A stretch of 64,000 bases of DNA from the NCBI GenBank assembly GCA_965240325.2, contig OZ251225.1, forward strand, positions 2,852,001 to 2,916,000, written 5' to 3'. The position numbers were made by a program, and so were the translations under genes. Below, piece after piece: positions 21,874 through 32,400 of the stretch. How positions within the stretch are numbered: the stretch's first letter is position 1; every line of letters starts with the position of its first letter. The DNA comes from Rebecca billardiae RCC1528 (taxonomy: Eukaryota > Protista > Haptophyta). The notes under the pieces were generated by a model. That model was not told the DNA's origin and searched no databases. It saw only the letters and a program-made list of their open reading frames with translations.

Positions 21874-24798
21874 TCAGGCGGGCGGCTCGCCGTCGTCATC
21901 TGCCGCGAGGCACTCCAGCATCATCGCCTGCGCGCGCTGCATGGCCGCAGCGCTCATCCGCACGGCCGTCCCTCGGGCGGTGGAGAAGCCGCAGCCACCG
22001 GCAATGGGCGTGCCGCTGCCGAGGCCAGCCGCTGCGAAAGCCGGCGCGGGCCCTGCGGACGGCGCGGCACCGACAGGAGCGCCGCGAGCGCACGACCCTG
22101 GCTGAGACACGCCGTGGCCAGGTTGGCTCGGCAGCTGCCGCGAGCATGGCCCTGCGCCGGTCGGCGAGCGTTTTCTCCCGCTGCCGGCGGGGGCCAGGGC
22201 CGCCTGACCGCCACAGCCGCTGCCCCGCGCGCCGCCGGGTGCCACGTTTGACGGCGCAAGGACCGCTGGCTCGCGCGACACAGCGGCTGGCTCGGGCGGC
22301 CGCACGCGCTTGCGCTCGTTCCCGACGCCGCGCGCGCAGGGTAGCACGTGCAGCACCGCGGCGCCGCCCTCGGCCGCACGGCCACCGTCGGCTCCGCGCC
22401 GAGCGGCGACGCACCACAGCGCCACGGCTGAGGCCGACGCCGGTGCTGCCGGGCCACCGGCGGCGGGTGCGCCGAGCAGGCCCCAGAGCCCAAGGGCGAG
22501 CCGCGGTGTCGCCACCGCGGGCTCGCGCACAAGCGCGACGCACTGGCGGCTGCGCACGTCCCACACGCACGCGCACGCAGCCCGCGCGCTCACGCCGACG
22601 AGCAGCTCAGCCGTCGAGCACAGCCCATCCCAGCGCAGCGCGCACGGCCGCGCGCCGCTCGGCTGATCGTGAGAGCCTGCCGCCGCTGGCGGTGCGGCTG
22701 CGGCTGCGCTCGGCGCCGCCTCGAGCATGGCTGGCGGGGGCTGGTACCGGCCGAGCGAGACGAGCGCATCCGACGAGCACGCGACGAGGTGCACGGCGTA
22801 CGGCGCGCATGCGCCCGCCCCGTCCGCCCCCGCTCCCAGCCGGCGCCAGAACGGACCGGCGGGCGGCGTCGGCGACTCAGCGTCGGCGCGCTCGGCTGCC
22901 GCTCCTGAGTCTCCGCGCGCGCGTGCGCTGTGCGCGCCCAGCCCGACATAGAAGGCGACGAGCGCGGCGCCGACGCCCCGGCGCGCGGCCGCGCGCGGCG
23001 CGGGCGTGGTCAGCCCCGCCGCCGCCTCGGTCCTCCTCGTCGGCTGCTCGCCGTGCGCTCGCCCAGCTGCCCACGGCGTGTGCGCACCCGCGCGCGCTGC
23101 GTGGGCGGCGGCGGCTTCGGCTGCGGCTGCGGCGCGCGAGAGCAGCCCCGCCTCGTGCGCGTCGTGCGGCACGAAGGGCGCGAAGACCACCGTCGCCTCC
23201 GCGTGCGCGGCGGGGCTCGGCATCGCCAGCTGGGCCGAAGGCCCGGCCGCGGCCCCGTCCGCAAAGCTCAGCAGCAGCGAGCCTCGCTCGTGGTCCCAGA
23301 GCGCCGCGCCGCGCGCGCACACTCCGAGTACCCAGCTCGGGCGCCAGCTGGGTACGAGCAGCGCGCACGCCGCCGGGCCCGGAGCGGCGAGGGCGGGCGC
23401 AGCGCTGCGCGCGGGGGCGTCGGGCGGATGCCCGCGCCGCACCGGCATCCACGGCGCCCGCGGCAGCTGCCGAGCCCGCAGCAGCGCGCGCGGCGCCACC
23501 CGCGCTCGGTGCGCCGGTGGCTGGGCAGGCCTCGTCTCCGGCTGCCATGGCTGCCACGCGCACACGGCGCACGGCGCGCTCGCAAGCACCGATCCGCCGA
23601 CGCCGGGCAGCGCGAGCTCCACGCACGGCGCTTGCGCGCCAGGCTCGAGGCCCGCCTCGGCCGCGGGCGCTGCGCCGCTCACGCGCACGACGGAGGTCCG
23701 GCTTCCCCCATCGATCTCACACACGGCGAGCGCGCAGCTCGCGGCTGACCTCGCGCCGACCGCGCGCGGCGCGCTCGGCGGGCGTGCAGACGCCACTTCG
23801 TCGGCGTCGGGGTCGGTGCACGCGAGCGCGAGCGCGAGCTCCACTCGCGCGCCTCGCCCGTCGGAGCCCTCGCCCGCTGCCGCCGCCTCGCCGTCACACG
23901 GCCCCAGCCCCAGCCCCACGCACACGAGTCGGGCGCCTGGCGCCGCCGCCACGCCTGCGTGTGCGGCCACGTCACGCAGCGGCACGCGGCAGATGTGCGA
24001 GGCGTGCGCGCCCGGCGCGGCGTGCGGGCACTGCCACAGGTCGACATGTAATGCCGTGGCCACGGCCACGACCCCTGCGCGCGCACACAGCGCCGCCACC
24101 GCGGGCTCGTGCGCACTCGGCTCGTCCGGCAGCCCAGCGCTCGCGGCACTCAGCTCGATGGCTGTGTGCGAGAAAAGGCGCGGTAGCTCGGCGGGACGTG
24201 GCGGAGCGGTAGATTCGAGAGCGTTCGGCCCATCGCCCGGCACTGCACATGCCGCCCCGCCGACGACGCTCGCCACGTGCGGCAGCGCGCATGCCGCGCG
24301 AGTCGGCGCTGAGGCCCCCGCCGGGCCGGTCGGCGCGGCACTCGGCGGCGCAGCTGGTGGATCGGGCACGTGAGCAGGGCGCTGAGACGGCGGGTGGGCG
24401 GAGCAGACCGGAGCCGCCTGCGGACACGCGCCCGACTCGCACACCTCAGCTTCGCGCTCTGGGCTCGGCGCAGCTTCAGCCAGCGTCATCGGCGCGAGCG
24501 GCGTGCCTGCCACCGCCATGTCCCGCTCGCCATCCTCGGGCGGAGCGAGGCCAAAGTACCGCGCCGGCTCTTGCTTGAGCAGCGCCGCGCGGCACTGCTG
24601 CAGGTGCCGCAGCAGCTCGCGCAGCTGCGTAGTGTGCTGCTCGCAGGCCTCGCCCATGAACGCCCCCGCCGTGGAGGCGAGCCGCTGCCCAAACCCAACG
24701 AGCGGTGGCCTCTCGCACACCGAGCCGGGGGCGGCTCCCAAGGGTCCGGATGGGCGCGTTCTGAGTCCGGGCCGGTGCAAGCTTTTTGCCTTTTCCAT
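21874..24798 (-). CDS. PALB2: PALB2-like protein (N-terminal coiled coil, degenerate WD40 propeller) with a C-terminal BRC repeat
   Basis: Collinear motif similarity to the PALB2 WD40 domain as I remember it: VAVATALHVDLWQ, ARLVCVGLG (PALB2 LVCVALG), AALWDHERGSLL (IVIWNLKTGQLL), AVHLVAC...LGRYQPPP (VFQLIVI...MLYCLPP), CVWDVRSRQCVALV (AIWDLLLGQCTALL). C-terminal GFSTARGTAVRMSAAAMQRAQAMM fits the BRC consensus. Start could instead be the in-frame ATG at 24942. Confidence 0.62.
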   Translation of the reverse strand: MEKAKSLHRPGLRTRPSGPLGAAPGSVCERPPLVGFGQRLASTAGAFMGEACEQHTTQLRELLRHLQQCRAALLKQEPARYFGLAPPEDGERDMAVAGTPLAPMTLAEAAPSPEREAEVCESGACPQAAPVCSAHPPSQRPAHVPDPPAAPPSAAPTGPAGASAPTRAACALPHVASVVGGAACAVPGDGPNALESTAPPRPAELPRLFSHTAIELSAASAGLPDEPSAHEPAVAALCARAGVVAVATALHVDLWQCPHAAPGAHASHICRVPLRDVAAHAGVAAAPGARLVCVGLGLGPCDGEAAAAGEGSDGRGARVELALALACTDPDADEVASARPPSAPRAVGARSAASCALAVCEIDGGSRTSVVRVSGAAPAAEAGLEPGAQAPCVELALPGVGGSVLASAPCAVCAWQPWQPETRPAQPPAHRARVAPRALLRARQLPRAPWMPVRRGHPPDAPARSAAPALAAPGPAACALLVPSWRPSWVLGVCARGAALWDHERGSLLLSFADGAAAGPSAQLAMPSPAAHAEATVVFAPFVPHDAHEAGLLSRAAAAAEAAAAHAARAGAHTPWAAGRAHGEQPTRRTEAAAGLTTPAPRAAARRGVGAALVAFYVGLGAHSARARGDSGAAAERADAESPTPPAGPFWRRLGAGADGAGACAPYAVHLVACSSDALVSLGRYQPPPAMLEAAPSAAAAAPPAAAGSHDQPSGARPCALRWDGLCSTAELLVGVSARAACACVWDVRSRQCVALVREPAVATPRLALGLWGLLGAPAAGGPAAPASASAVALWCVAARRGADGGRAAEGGAAVLHVLPCARGVGNERKRVRPPEPAAVSREPAVLAPSNVAPGGARGSGCGGQAALAPAGSGRKRSPTGAGPCSRQLPSQPGHGVSQPGSCARGAPVGAAPSAGPAPAFAAAGLGSGTPIAGGCGFSTARGTAVRMSAAAMQRAQAMMLECLAADDDGEPPA

Positions 24799-24940
24799 CA
24801 GCGCGCGAGGGGCTTTCTTTCCTCTGCAGCGGCCGCCCGAAAAGCAAGCCCGATGAGCCGAAACAGCCGACGAGCAGGTCGAGCCTGGCTTGGCTGGTGG
24901 AGGCTCACCCTGCTCCCCTGGAGGAGGTGGCGCGGCAGCC
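24799..24940. promoter_or_regulatory. Putative bidirectional promoter between the divergent PALB2-like and WDR1 genes
   Basis: Head-to-head start codons at most 142 bp apart; inferred from geometry only. Confidence 0.4.
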
Positions 24941-27319
24941 ATGACTGGCCACCTGACCCCGTCGACGGTGTACGCGCCGTCACCCACAACGCACCGGGGC
25001 GAGGCGACAAGCATGTCGATCCTACCCAAGGGTGACAAGCTCGTCTACCCCTCGGGCAAGCTCGTCGTCATCCGCTCGACGACTGATGCGCATCGCGCAT
25101 GGCTGTACACGCAGCACTCGTGCAACGTGCGTGTGCCACCGCGCGCTTGCCGATCGCGCCCGCAGCCGTGCGCGCGGAGGGTCTCAGTGGCGGGTCTGTG
25201 CTGACGCGCCCTCGGCACCGCGCCCGCCGCTCCCTCGCCTCGTCGGTCGGCCGCTCGCGACGCGGCCCGGCGCGCGCGCGTGACTCTGCGCCGCACGCAC
25301 GCAGGTGACCGCCGTCGCCGCGGCACCCAACGGCGAGTGGGTCGCATCGGGCGACGAGCGAGGGCAGGTGCGGATCTGGGGCATCATGCCGGAGCACACG
25401 CTCAAGCTCGAGACCATCGCGCTCGGCGGGAAGGTGCTCGACATCGCGTGGTCAGGCGACGGTCAGCGGCTGTGCGCTGTGGGCGAGGGCCGCGAGGCGT
25501 TCGGCAAGGTGTTCACGTGGGACTCGGGCAACTCGCTCGGCGCGATCGACTCGCACTCGAAGCGCATCATCTCGTGCTCCTTCCGCGCCGCGCGCCCCTT
25601 CCGCGTCGCCACCGGCTCGGACGACCTCGCCGTGAACTGGTACGAGGGCCCCCCGTTCAAATTCAAGGCGTCGCTGCGCGAGCACACGCGCTACCCAAAC
25701 TGCGTGCGCTTCTCGCCCGACGGAGAACATCTGGTCTCGGCGGGCTCGGACAACAAGCTGGTGCGGTACGACGGCAAGACGGGGCAGAAGTCCGGCGAGG
25801 TCGCCGCGACCGACGCGCACCTCGGCGCCATCTTCTCGTGCTCGTGGTCGTCGGACAGCAAGCACATCCTCACCGCGTCCGCCGACAAGACTGCGCGCAT
25901 CTTCGACGCCGCGACGCTCAAGCCGCTGCACACCGTCACCGTGACGGACAGCCCGGGGATCCAGGACATGCAGGTGAGCTGCTGCTGGGCCGGGAGCACG
26001 GCGATCACGCTCTCGCTCTCGGGCCGGCTCAACTTCGTCGACGCGTCCGCGGGCAAGGTGGTCTCCTCCATCATGGGGCACAACAAGGCCATCACGGCAC
26101 TCGGCGTCGATCTTGTGCACCACGCGCGGTACGAGCCGCGGTTCGCGACGGCGTCGTTCGACGGGCTGATGTGCGTGTGGGACACGAAGACCGGCGAGTG
26201 CCGGACCGTCGGCGGCAGGGGCCACGACAACGCCGTCGTCGGGCTCGCGGTCCTGCCAGGCGAGACGCTCGTGAGCGCGTCACTGGACCAGACCGTGCGC
26301 TTCACCTCACTCAGCGCGATGAAGGTGGTTGAGACCTCGACCATCCAGCTCGGTGCGCGCTCGCCGCCGCGCGCGCGAGGGCGCGTGCGCGCGCCGTGGC
26401 GCGGTGTGCCCGGCGCCGACGCCGGATCGGCCTGCCCGCTGCGCCGCGCTTGCTCACTCGCCACGTGTGCGCGCGCGTGCGTGCGCGCGCGCGTGGCCGC
26501 ACGCGGGCCCGGCGCGCGCCGCCACCGCCTTGGCCGCTCGCAGACGGCAGCGCGCGCGGTCTGTCCGCCATGGGCGAGCACGTGGCGGTCGTGAGCGACA
26601 AGTCGGTCTTCGTGATCGGCGGCGGCGGCAAGGTGAGCGCCAAGGCGGAGATCGGCGCGCCGCCCACCGCGGTCGCCATCTCGCCCGGCGGCAACGACGT
26701 CGCCGTCGGCCTCGAGAATGGCGAGATTTGGCTGTATGGCCATGACCTGGGTAAGCTGACCAAGAAGGGCGAGCCGCTGAAGAAGCACAGCGCGGAGGTG
26801 ACCGCGCTGGCGTTCTCGCCGACCGGCGCGCACCTCGCCTCGTGCTGCGCGGGGCGGAGCGTCTTCGCGTGGGAGCTCGCGTCGATGGCGCCCGTCTCGA
26901 CGTCGTGGGTTGCGCACAAGGCCAAGGTGACGTGTCTCGCCTGGTCGCCCTCGGGCAAGTACCTCGCCTCGGGCGGCGTCGACTCGTCGGTGATCGTGTG
27001 GTACATGGAGAAGCCGTCGGAGAACACCACGCAGAGGCTGGCGCACGACAACGGCGTCACCGCGATCGGCTTCGTGTCCGAGGACATGGTGATCTCCACA
27101 GGCCAGGTGCGTGCGCACGCACCTCGCGGCACGTTGACTCAGTCAGTCAGTCGGTGGGGGACGCGTCGGCAGTCGGGTGGCGCCGACGGCGCGCGCGCGC
27201 GCGCGCGGCATGGGCTACTCTCTCCTGCGCTTCTGGACTCACGCGAGTGACCCGCGACCGCCCCTCTGCGGTGTGCCCCGCAGGACGCGTGTGTCAAGAC
27301 ATGGTCGTTCAAGGCATGA
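24941..27319 (+). CDS. WDR1: WD40 actin-interacting protein 1 (AIP1/WDR1). Exons 24941-25126, 25305-26352, 26544-27106, 27284-27319
   Basis: Hallmarks APSPTTHRGE, VASGDERGQVRIW, DIAWSGDGQRL.AVGEGRE.FG, WDSGNSLG, RPFRVATGSDD...YEGPPFKF, GHNKAIT, WVAHKAKV, STGQ|DACVKTW. Three GT-AG introns restore the frame. Confidence 0.93.
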
Positions 27320-27914
27320 ACGACCTGACTTCGCGCAGCCCCTCTTCCGCGCACGGACCAGGATAGTCGATATAGAAAGATGAAGCTGTGCGCGCCGTCA
27401 TCATCCCGTATCTGGCCATTGATTGAATGGAACCACCCGCGGCGGCAAGCTTTGGCACCCCTTTGCTGAGGTCGTTGAAGCACAGCACGAGCAGGCCGCC
27501 GTCGCGCGATCACTATTCACTCCGAGACTCGGTGTGACGACTGTCGACTCAGGTGACGCAGTACCGCTCCCGGGGCCTGGGCCTGGGGGCTGGCTGAGTG
27601 GACCCGCGGCACTGCTGACCGAGCCCGAGCCCGAGCCACGTGCGCCCGTCGTTACACGCAGGGCCTTACAGCACTGTCGTCAGCGCTGACGATAGATACG
27701 CTATAAGAATAAGCGCTAGACGCGCACACGGCGGCACACGCCAGTCGGACATGGCCCGTCACACGGAAGTCACACGGCACTCGGGCACATTAGCTCAGGC
27801 AGGCGATATACACGGCAAGCGCAAGCAGGGTGGTCGTCTTGGTTAGCGCGCTGCTAGCTACTTCATCCGCCTATACTTCGTCGCGGAGTCGTCCTCACAG
27901 TCACTCACGGAGGC

Positions 27915-29117
27915 TCATCTGCCTGTAGTCCCATCAGTGTGCATGCCGCCGCTCATGATTTGTTGGTTCATGGTTGCATGGCGGATCGCATCGTCGTCAG
28001 CGCCCGATGAAGACTCGTCGTCGTCGAGGACCGCGCTGTCGAGGACCGGGAGTTGCTCGTGGTCACCGGGCCCGCGACAGATCCCGTCATCGTTGCCCTG
28101 CGCCCTTGGCCCTTCTGAGCCCAGGTCCGTGGGTGCGTCGAGCGCGCCGCCCTTGCGGCCCGCGAGGTTTCCGTTCCGGCGCGAAGGCGCCGCCGCGCCC
28201 GCGCCCTCCGCGGCTGCTGCAGTCGGCTGCGCGCGCAGCTGCGCCTCGAGAGCGCGCACCCTGGCGCGCAGCTGCTGCAGCTCGGCCGCCCGGAGCTGCT
28301 CGACCAGCTCTGCCCCGGCCGCGGCCGGCGCGCCGCTGATCGGCGCGTGCGGCCGCTCGGCTGCCTCGTCGGTGTCGTCGTCGAGCACGAAGACCACCTC
28401 GGCGCGGCAGGAGGGGCAGGGCTGGCGGTGCTCCCGCGGCGTGCCGCGTGGGAGCGTGCGTGCGCGCTTGGCCGGAGGTATGGGCACGACATCGCCGTTC
28501 GGAGCGGGCTGCTGCTGTGGCGCGGGCGGCGCGTGTGCGGCCGCTGCCGGACGCTGCGGCTCTTGCTCAACGGACTGACCTTGCAACACATCCGTGGCCC
28601 ACGCGTTGACCGTGCCGCTCGGGCCCTCCACTCGCTGCGATGGGTCGCAAACCGCCTGGACGTTTGAGCTGCACCAATACGTCCCATCCTTCTGCGTGTA
28701 CCACAACGCACGCAGCCGATCAGTCCGCTTCACAGCTTGAACGATCGGCCGGAGTTGGCTGCCCAAAGGTGTCGCTACGTCGAAGAAGTCGTTGCGGGTT
28801 GTGTCCATTCTGGTGGCGGACATGAAGTACACGTGGTAGTGCACGTCTCGCGATGGGTCGGCAGGGTTCTCGTGCCTCTCAAGGCCGATGCACCACTCGA
28901 GCATGCCAAGTTTCGAGCACAGCTGAAGCTGAGTCATCACGCTGCCCGGAGCGATGGACCCAGGCCCTGCCGCTGGCAGGCCAGCGTATGTCAGGAAGAC
29001 TGCGTTGCATCGGAAGCGACCCTGCACACCTGCCGCCTGCGCGCCATCGGCCCCACCACCCACCACCGGATGCAGAGCTGGGGCCCCGTGCCATCGCGCG
29101 CGCCGGAAATGCGCCAT
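27915..29117 (-). CDS. Chimeric 400-aa protein: geminivirus/genomovirus-type Rep HUH endonuclease fused to a duplicated host C-terminal module
   Basis: RCR motif I FLTY (28986-28997), motif II VHYHVYF (HYH at 28833-28841), GRS-like RNDFFDVATP..LRPIVQ, motif III YTQKDG (YTQK at 28689-28700). No SF3 helicase. The segment encoded by 28560-27978 is paralogous to the last exon of the neighbouring gene. No stops or frameshifts. Confidence 0.88.
   Translation of the reverse strand: MAHFRRARWHGAPALHPVVGGGADGAQAAGVQGRFRCNAVFLTYAGLPAAGPGSIAPGSVMTQLQLCSKLGMLEWCIGLERHENPADPSRDVHYHVYFMSATRMDTTRNDFFDVATPLGSQLRPIVQAVKRTDRLRALWYTQKDGTYWCSSNVQAVCDPSQRVEGPSGTVNAWATDVLQGQSVEQEPQRPAAAAHAPPAPQQQPAPNGDVVPIPPAKRARTLPRGTPREHRQPCPSCRAEVVFVLDDDTDEAAERPHAPISGAPAAAGAELVEQLRAAELQQLRARVRALEAQLRAQPTAAAAEGAGAAAPSRRNGNLAGRKGGALDAPTDLGSEGPRAQGNDDGICRGPGDHEQLPVLDSAVLDDDESSSGADDDAIRHATMNQQIMSGGMHTDGTTGR
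27978..28560. repeat. Direct repeat copy A (~583 bp), paralogous to 29440-30034
   Basis: Shared text runs from ATGGCGGATCGCATCGTCGTCAGCGCCCGATGAAGACTCG to CCGCTGCCGG.CGCTGCGGC; the central part looks identical by eye; four in-frame indels. Confidence 0.95.
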
Positions 29118-29439
29118 CGTTACTTACTCCGTCGGCAAAAAGGACGCGAGAGGGCGAGAGCCGAGAGCGGGCCGCTCCGGGACCGGGTGCCGCAATGGCT
29201 GCCTGGCCTGCGGCGACGCGGCGTGGTGGCAAGCCACGCACTGACTGGCAGTGCGCTAAATCCGCTGCGGTTTTGGCGGCGCAGGTGGCCTCGCAGGTCG
29301 TCTGCGGGTACGTATGCTGAGAGCCTTGGGACACCTTTGTGGCACGCGCCGCAGACAATGGCGCGCGCGAGACGATCAGTGAAGCGGCATCAGCCGAGCC
29401 CGCCATCGTCGCTCAGACACGCTGTCGCTTTCTTGTTTG
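28561..29439 (-). mobile_element. Endogenous CRESS-DNA-virus-derived segment (Rep endonuclease plus upstream sequence) lying between two direct repeats
   Basis: Rep motifs; visibly more A/T-ending codons than host genes; bounded by the two copies of the ~590-bp repeat. Confidence 0.65.
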
Positions 29440-32400
29440 ATGGCGGATCGCATCGTCGTCAGCGCCCGATGAAGACTCGTCATCGTCGAGAACTGCGCTG
29501 TCGAGGACTGGGAGTTGCTCGTGGTCAACGGGCCCGCGACACATCCCGTCATCGTTGCCCTGCTCTGAGCCCAGGTCCGTGGCGGAGTCGTCGTCGTCGT
29601 CTCGAGGCGCGTCAAGCGCGCCGCCCTTGCGGCCCTCGATGTTTCCGTTCCGGCGCGAAGGCGCCGCCGCGCCCGCGCCCTCCGCGGCGGCCGCAGTCGG
29701 CTGCGCGCGCAGTTGCGCCTTGAGAGAACGCACCTCGTCGCGCAGCTGCTGCAGCTCGGCCTGGAGCTTCTCGACCAGCTCCGGCTGCGCGGCCGCGGCC
29801 GGCGCGCCGCTGATCGGCGCGTGCGGCCGCTCGGCTGCCTCGTCGGTGTCGTCGTCGAGCACGAAGACCACCTCGGCGCGGCAGGAGGGGCAGGGCTGGC
29901 GGTGCTCCCGCGGCGTGCCGCGTGGGAGCGTGCGTGCGCGCTTGGCCGGAGGCGTGGGCGCGACATCGTCATTCGGAGCGGGCTGCTGCTGCGGCGCAGG
30001 CGGCGCGTGCGCGGCCGCTGCCGGCCGCTGCGGCGCTGCCAAGGGCTGCGCCGCCCCGGGCGCCGCGTGCGGCGCCGCCGGAGGCTCCGAGGCGCTCGGC
30101 AGGTTGGTCGGAGGTCGCTGCGCCGGTGGCGGCGTAGGCGTAGAAGGCGGCGGCGGGGCCGGCGGCGTCAGCGTCTGCGGCGGCATCGGCGCATGCACCT
30201 GCGGCGGCGTCGGCATCGGCGCCGGCGCTGGCGCTGGCGTCTGTGCCGGCGTTAGCGTCGGCGTCGGCGTCGGCTGCGGCGGTGGCTCCGCGCTCGCCGT
30301 GATGAGCTCGACCTCGAGCTGCGCGGCGCGGCGGCGCGCGGGGAGAGGCGAGAACGGTGAGCGGTTGAGGCTGCGGCGCACTTGGGCGCTGGCTGGAGCT
30401 GGCTGGAGCAGCGCGCGCCGTGAGCGCATGATGGGTAGGAGCGCGGGCGGGAGCGAGGGCTCGCGGCGGCGCGGCGCGCGCGGCGCGAGCGCGACGGGCG
30501 CACGGCGCGTGCCTCTTTGACCAGGCTCGCGTGCGTCACGCGCCACAGCAAGCGCGACTCGTTGGGCGGCGGTGACACGAGCACTTGCGCGGCGCGCCAC
30601 CCCTCCGCGTCCGCGCAGCCAAACGCAATGTGAACCACCCCGCGCCGAGTCTGGTAGGTCTTGACTTCGAGCGAGAGCTCGAGCGAGGGGGCGCGCAGCA
30701 CGGCGCCGCGGTCGCTCCACAGCCGCGCGCGCACGGCGTACGCGGTCTGCCCGTCCCACGGCGGCGTGTCGCCGAGCTCGATGCGCAGCGGCCGGTCCTC
30801 CGCCTCCAGCGTGAGAGGCGCAAACGTGCGCAGCGGACGATCGCCGCCAAACCACGAGACACTGAGCTCAAACGCGGCGGGCAGCCTCGCCGTCTCGGAC
30901 GGCTGCACGGCGAGCGTCGCCCTGACGAGCGCGACGTCGACCGAGCGCGCGCCCATGCTGAGCTTCGCCTTCGTGAACGGCAGCTCGTGGCACTCCCCGC
31001 CGTCGCGCCGCAGGCGCAGCTCGGCGCTGTCGACGGCGACAACAACCTTGCCAGGCTCGGCGCGGCCGCGTGTCAGCTCGGTCCACGTACACGTGTTGCC
31101 GCTGCTGTCGAGCAGCGCGGCCTCGAGCAGGACGGGCTTGTGCGAGTACTCGGCGAGCCGCGCGCGCGGCTCGGGCTTGAGCAGGGCCAGCTGCGCCGGC
31201 GGGCCGGGGAGCAGCTCGAGCTCGACGCCCTTCATCTCGAGCTCGAGGGCGCGCGGCGCGGGCGCGGGCGCCGAGGGCGCGCCCGCCGCGCCGCGCGCGG
31301 CCGGCAGCGTGGTGAGGCGGCCGGCGGGCAGCGCAAGCACCGCGTGGCCAGCGGCGCCGCTGACTTTGAACTCGCGCGTCGCGCCGATCACCACGCCGGC
31401 GTGCGTCTCCGCGCTCCACCGCGAGCCGGGCAGCGCCTCGAGCCGCACGTGCGCGGACGCGACAGCGGGCGCGCTCGGGTCGGCCGCGCGCACCTCAAGC
31501 GCCGACCAGTCGACCGCGCCCTCAACGCCGTTGCGCGCGCCGTCGGCGTCGGCGAGCACGCAGCGCAGCTTGAGCCTCGAGCCGGCCGGGCGCGTGAGCC
31601 GCGCGGGCGCGCCCGCGCGCGCGCTCGTGCTCGGCTGCTCCGCGGGCTGCAGCTGCAGCACCGTCGGCAGCGGCGCCACCCCCTCCACCACCAGTGTAGC
31701 CACCATTCCACCCAGGACCGCCACCAGAGAGTTTTTTCTGCCCGCGGGCACTTTGCGGCCGAACAGGTGGGTCGCTGTGCCGCCCTCGACGGCCTTCTTG
31801 GCGGGCGGCTCGGGCTTGAGCTTGCGCGGCGCGCCCGGGCCGAGCTGGTGCTCGATCGTCAGCCACTGCACGTCGGTCAGGTTGAAGTCCGGGTCCAGCG
31901 GGCCCAGCTCCAGCCTCTGCGCCCGCCCGCCGCCGCCGCCGCCGGCGCGCGTGCCCGCGCCCGCGCCTCGCTCCTCGAGCGGCTTGTGCACGCGCACGGT
32001 GAGCGCGCCGAGCGGGGTGTGCGGCGGGCGGCGCACGTGCAGCTTCGTCTGCGTGTGCGAGCCCGGCACCAGCCTCGCCGCCGGCTCGCCGCCGACGTGG
32101 AAGGCGAGCAGGCGCAACGGCACCCGATAGCGCAACACGAGAGGACCGACGGCCGAGGCCGGTGCCGCGCCGGGCGGCGCGCGCGCGCTCACCTCGAGTC
32201 TGGCCTCGGAGCCCATGTGCGCGTGGACGCGCGCGCCCTCGATGCAGTACTCGGAGCCGCCGCCCCGCCGCGCGGGCATCGGCTCGAGCGCGCACGAGAC
32301 CTCGCCGCTCTCGCCCTCCGCCTCGTGCCCGGCGAGCTCGAAGCCCGTCGCGCGCAGCGCGAGCCGCGAGCGCTCATCCTCCTCATCCTCGTGGCAGCTG

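Noticed and set aside
29165-29310. Run of 5-7-bp hairpins upstream of the Rep as a replication origin
   Set aside because: Short GC stems are common at this composition, and there is no conserved loop.
28561-29439. Helitron or complete integrated virus
   Set aside because: No helicase, capsid gene, TC...CTRR termini or origin nonanucleotide; only a Rep endonuclease domain is present.
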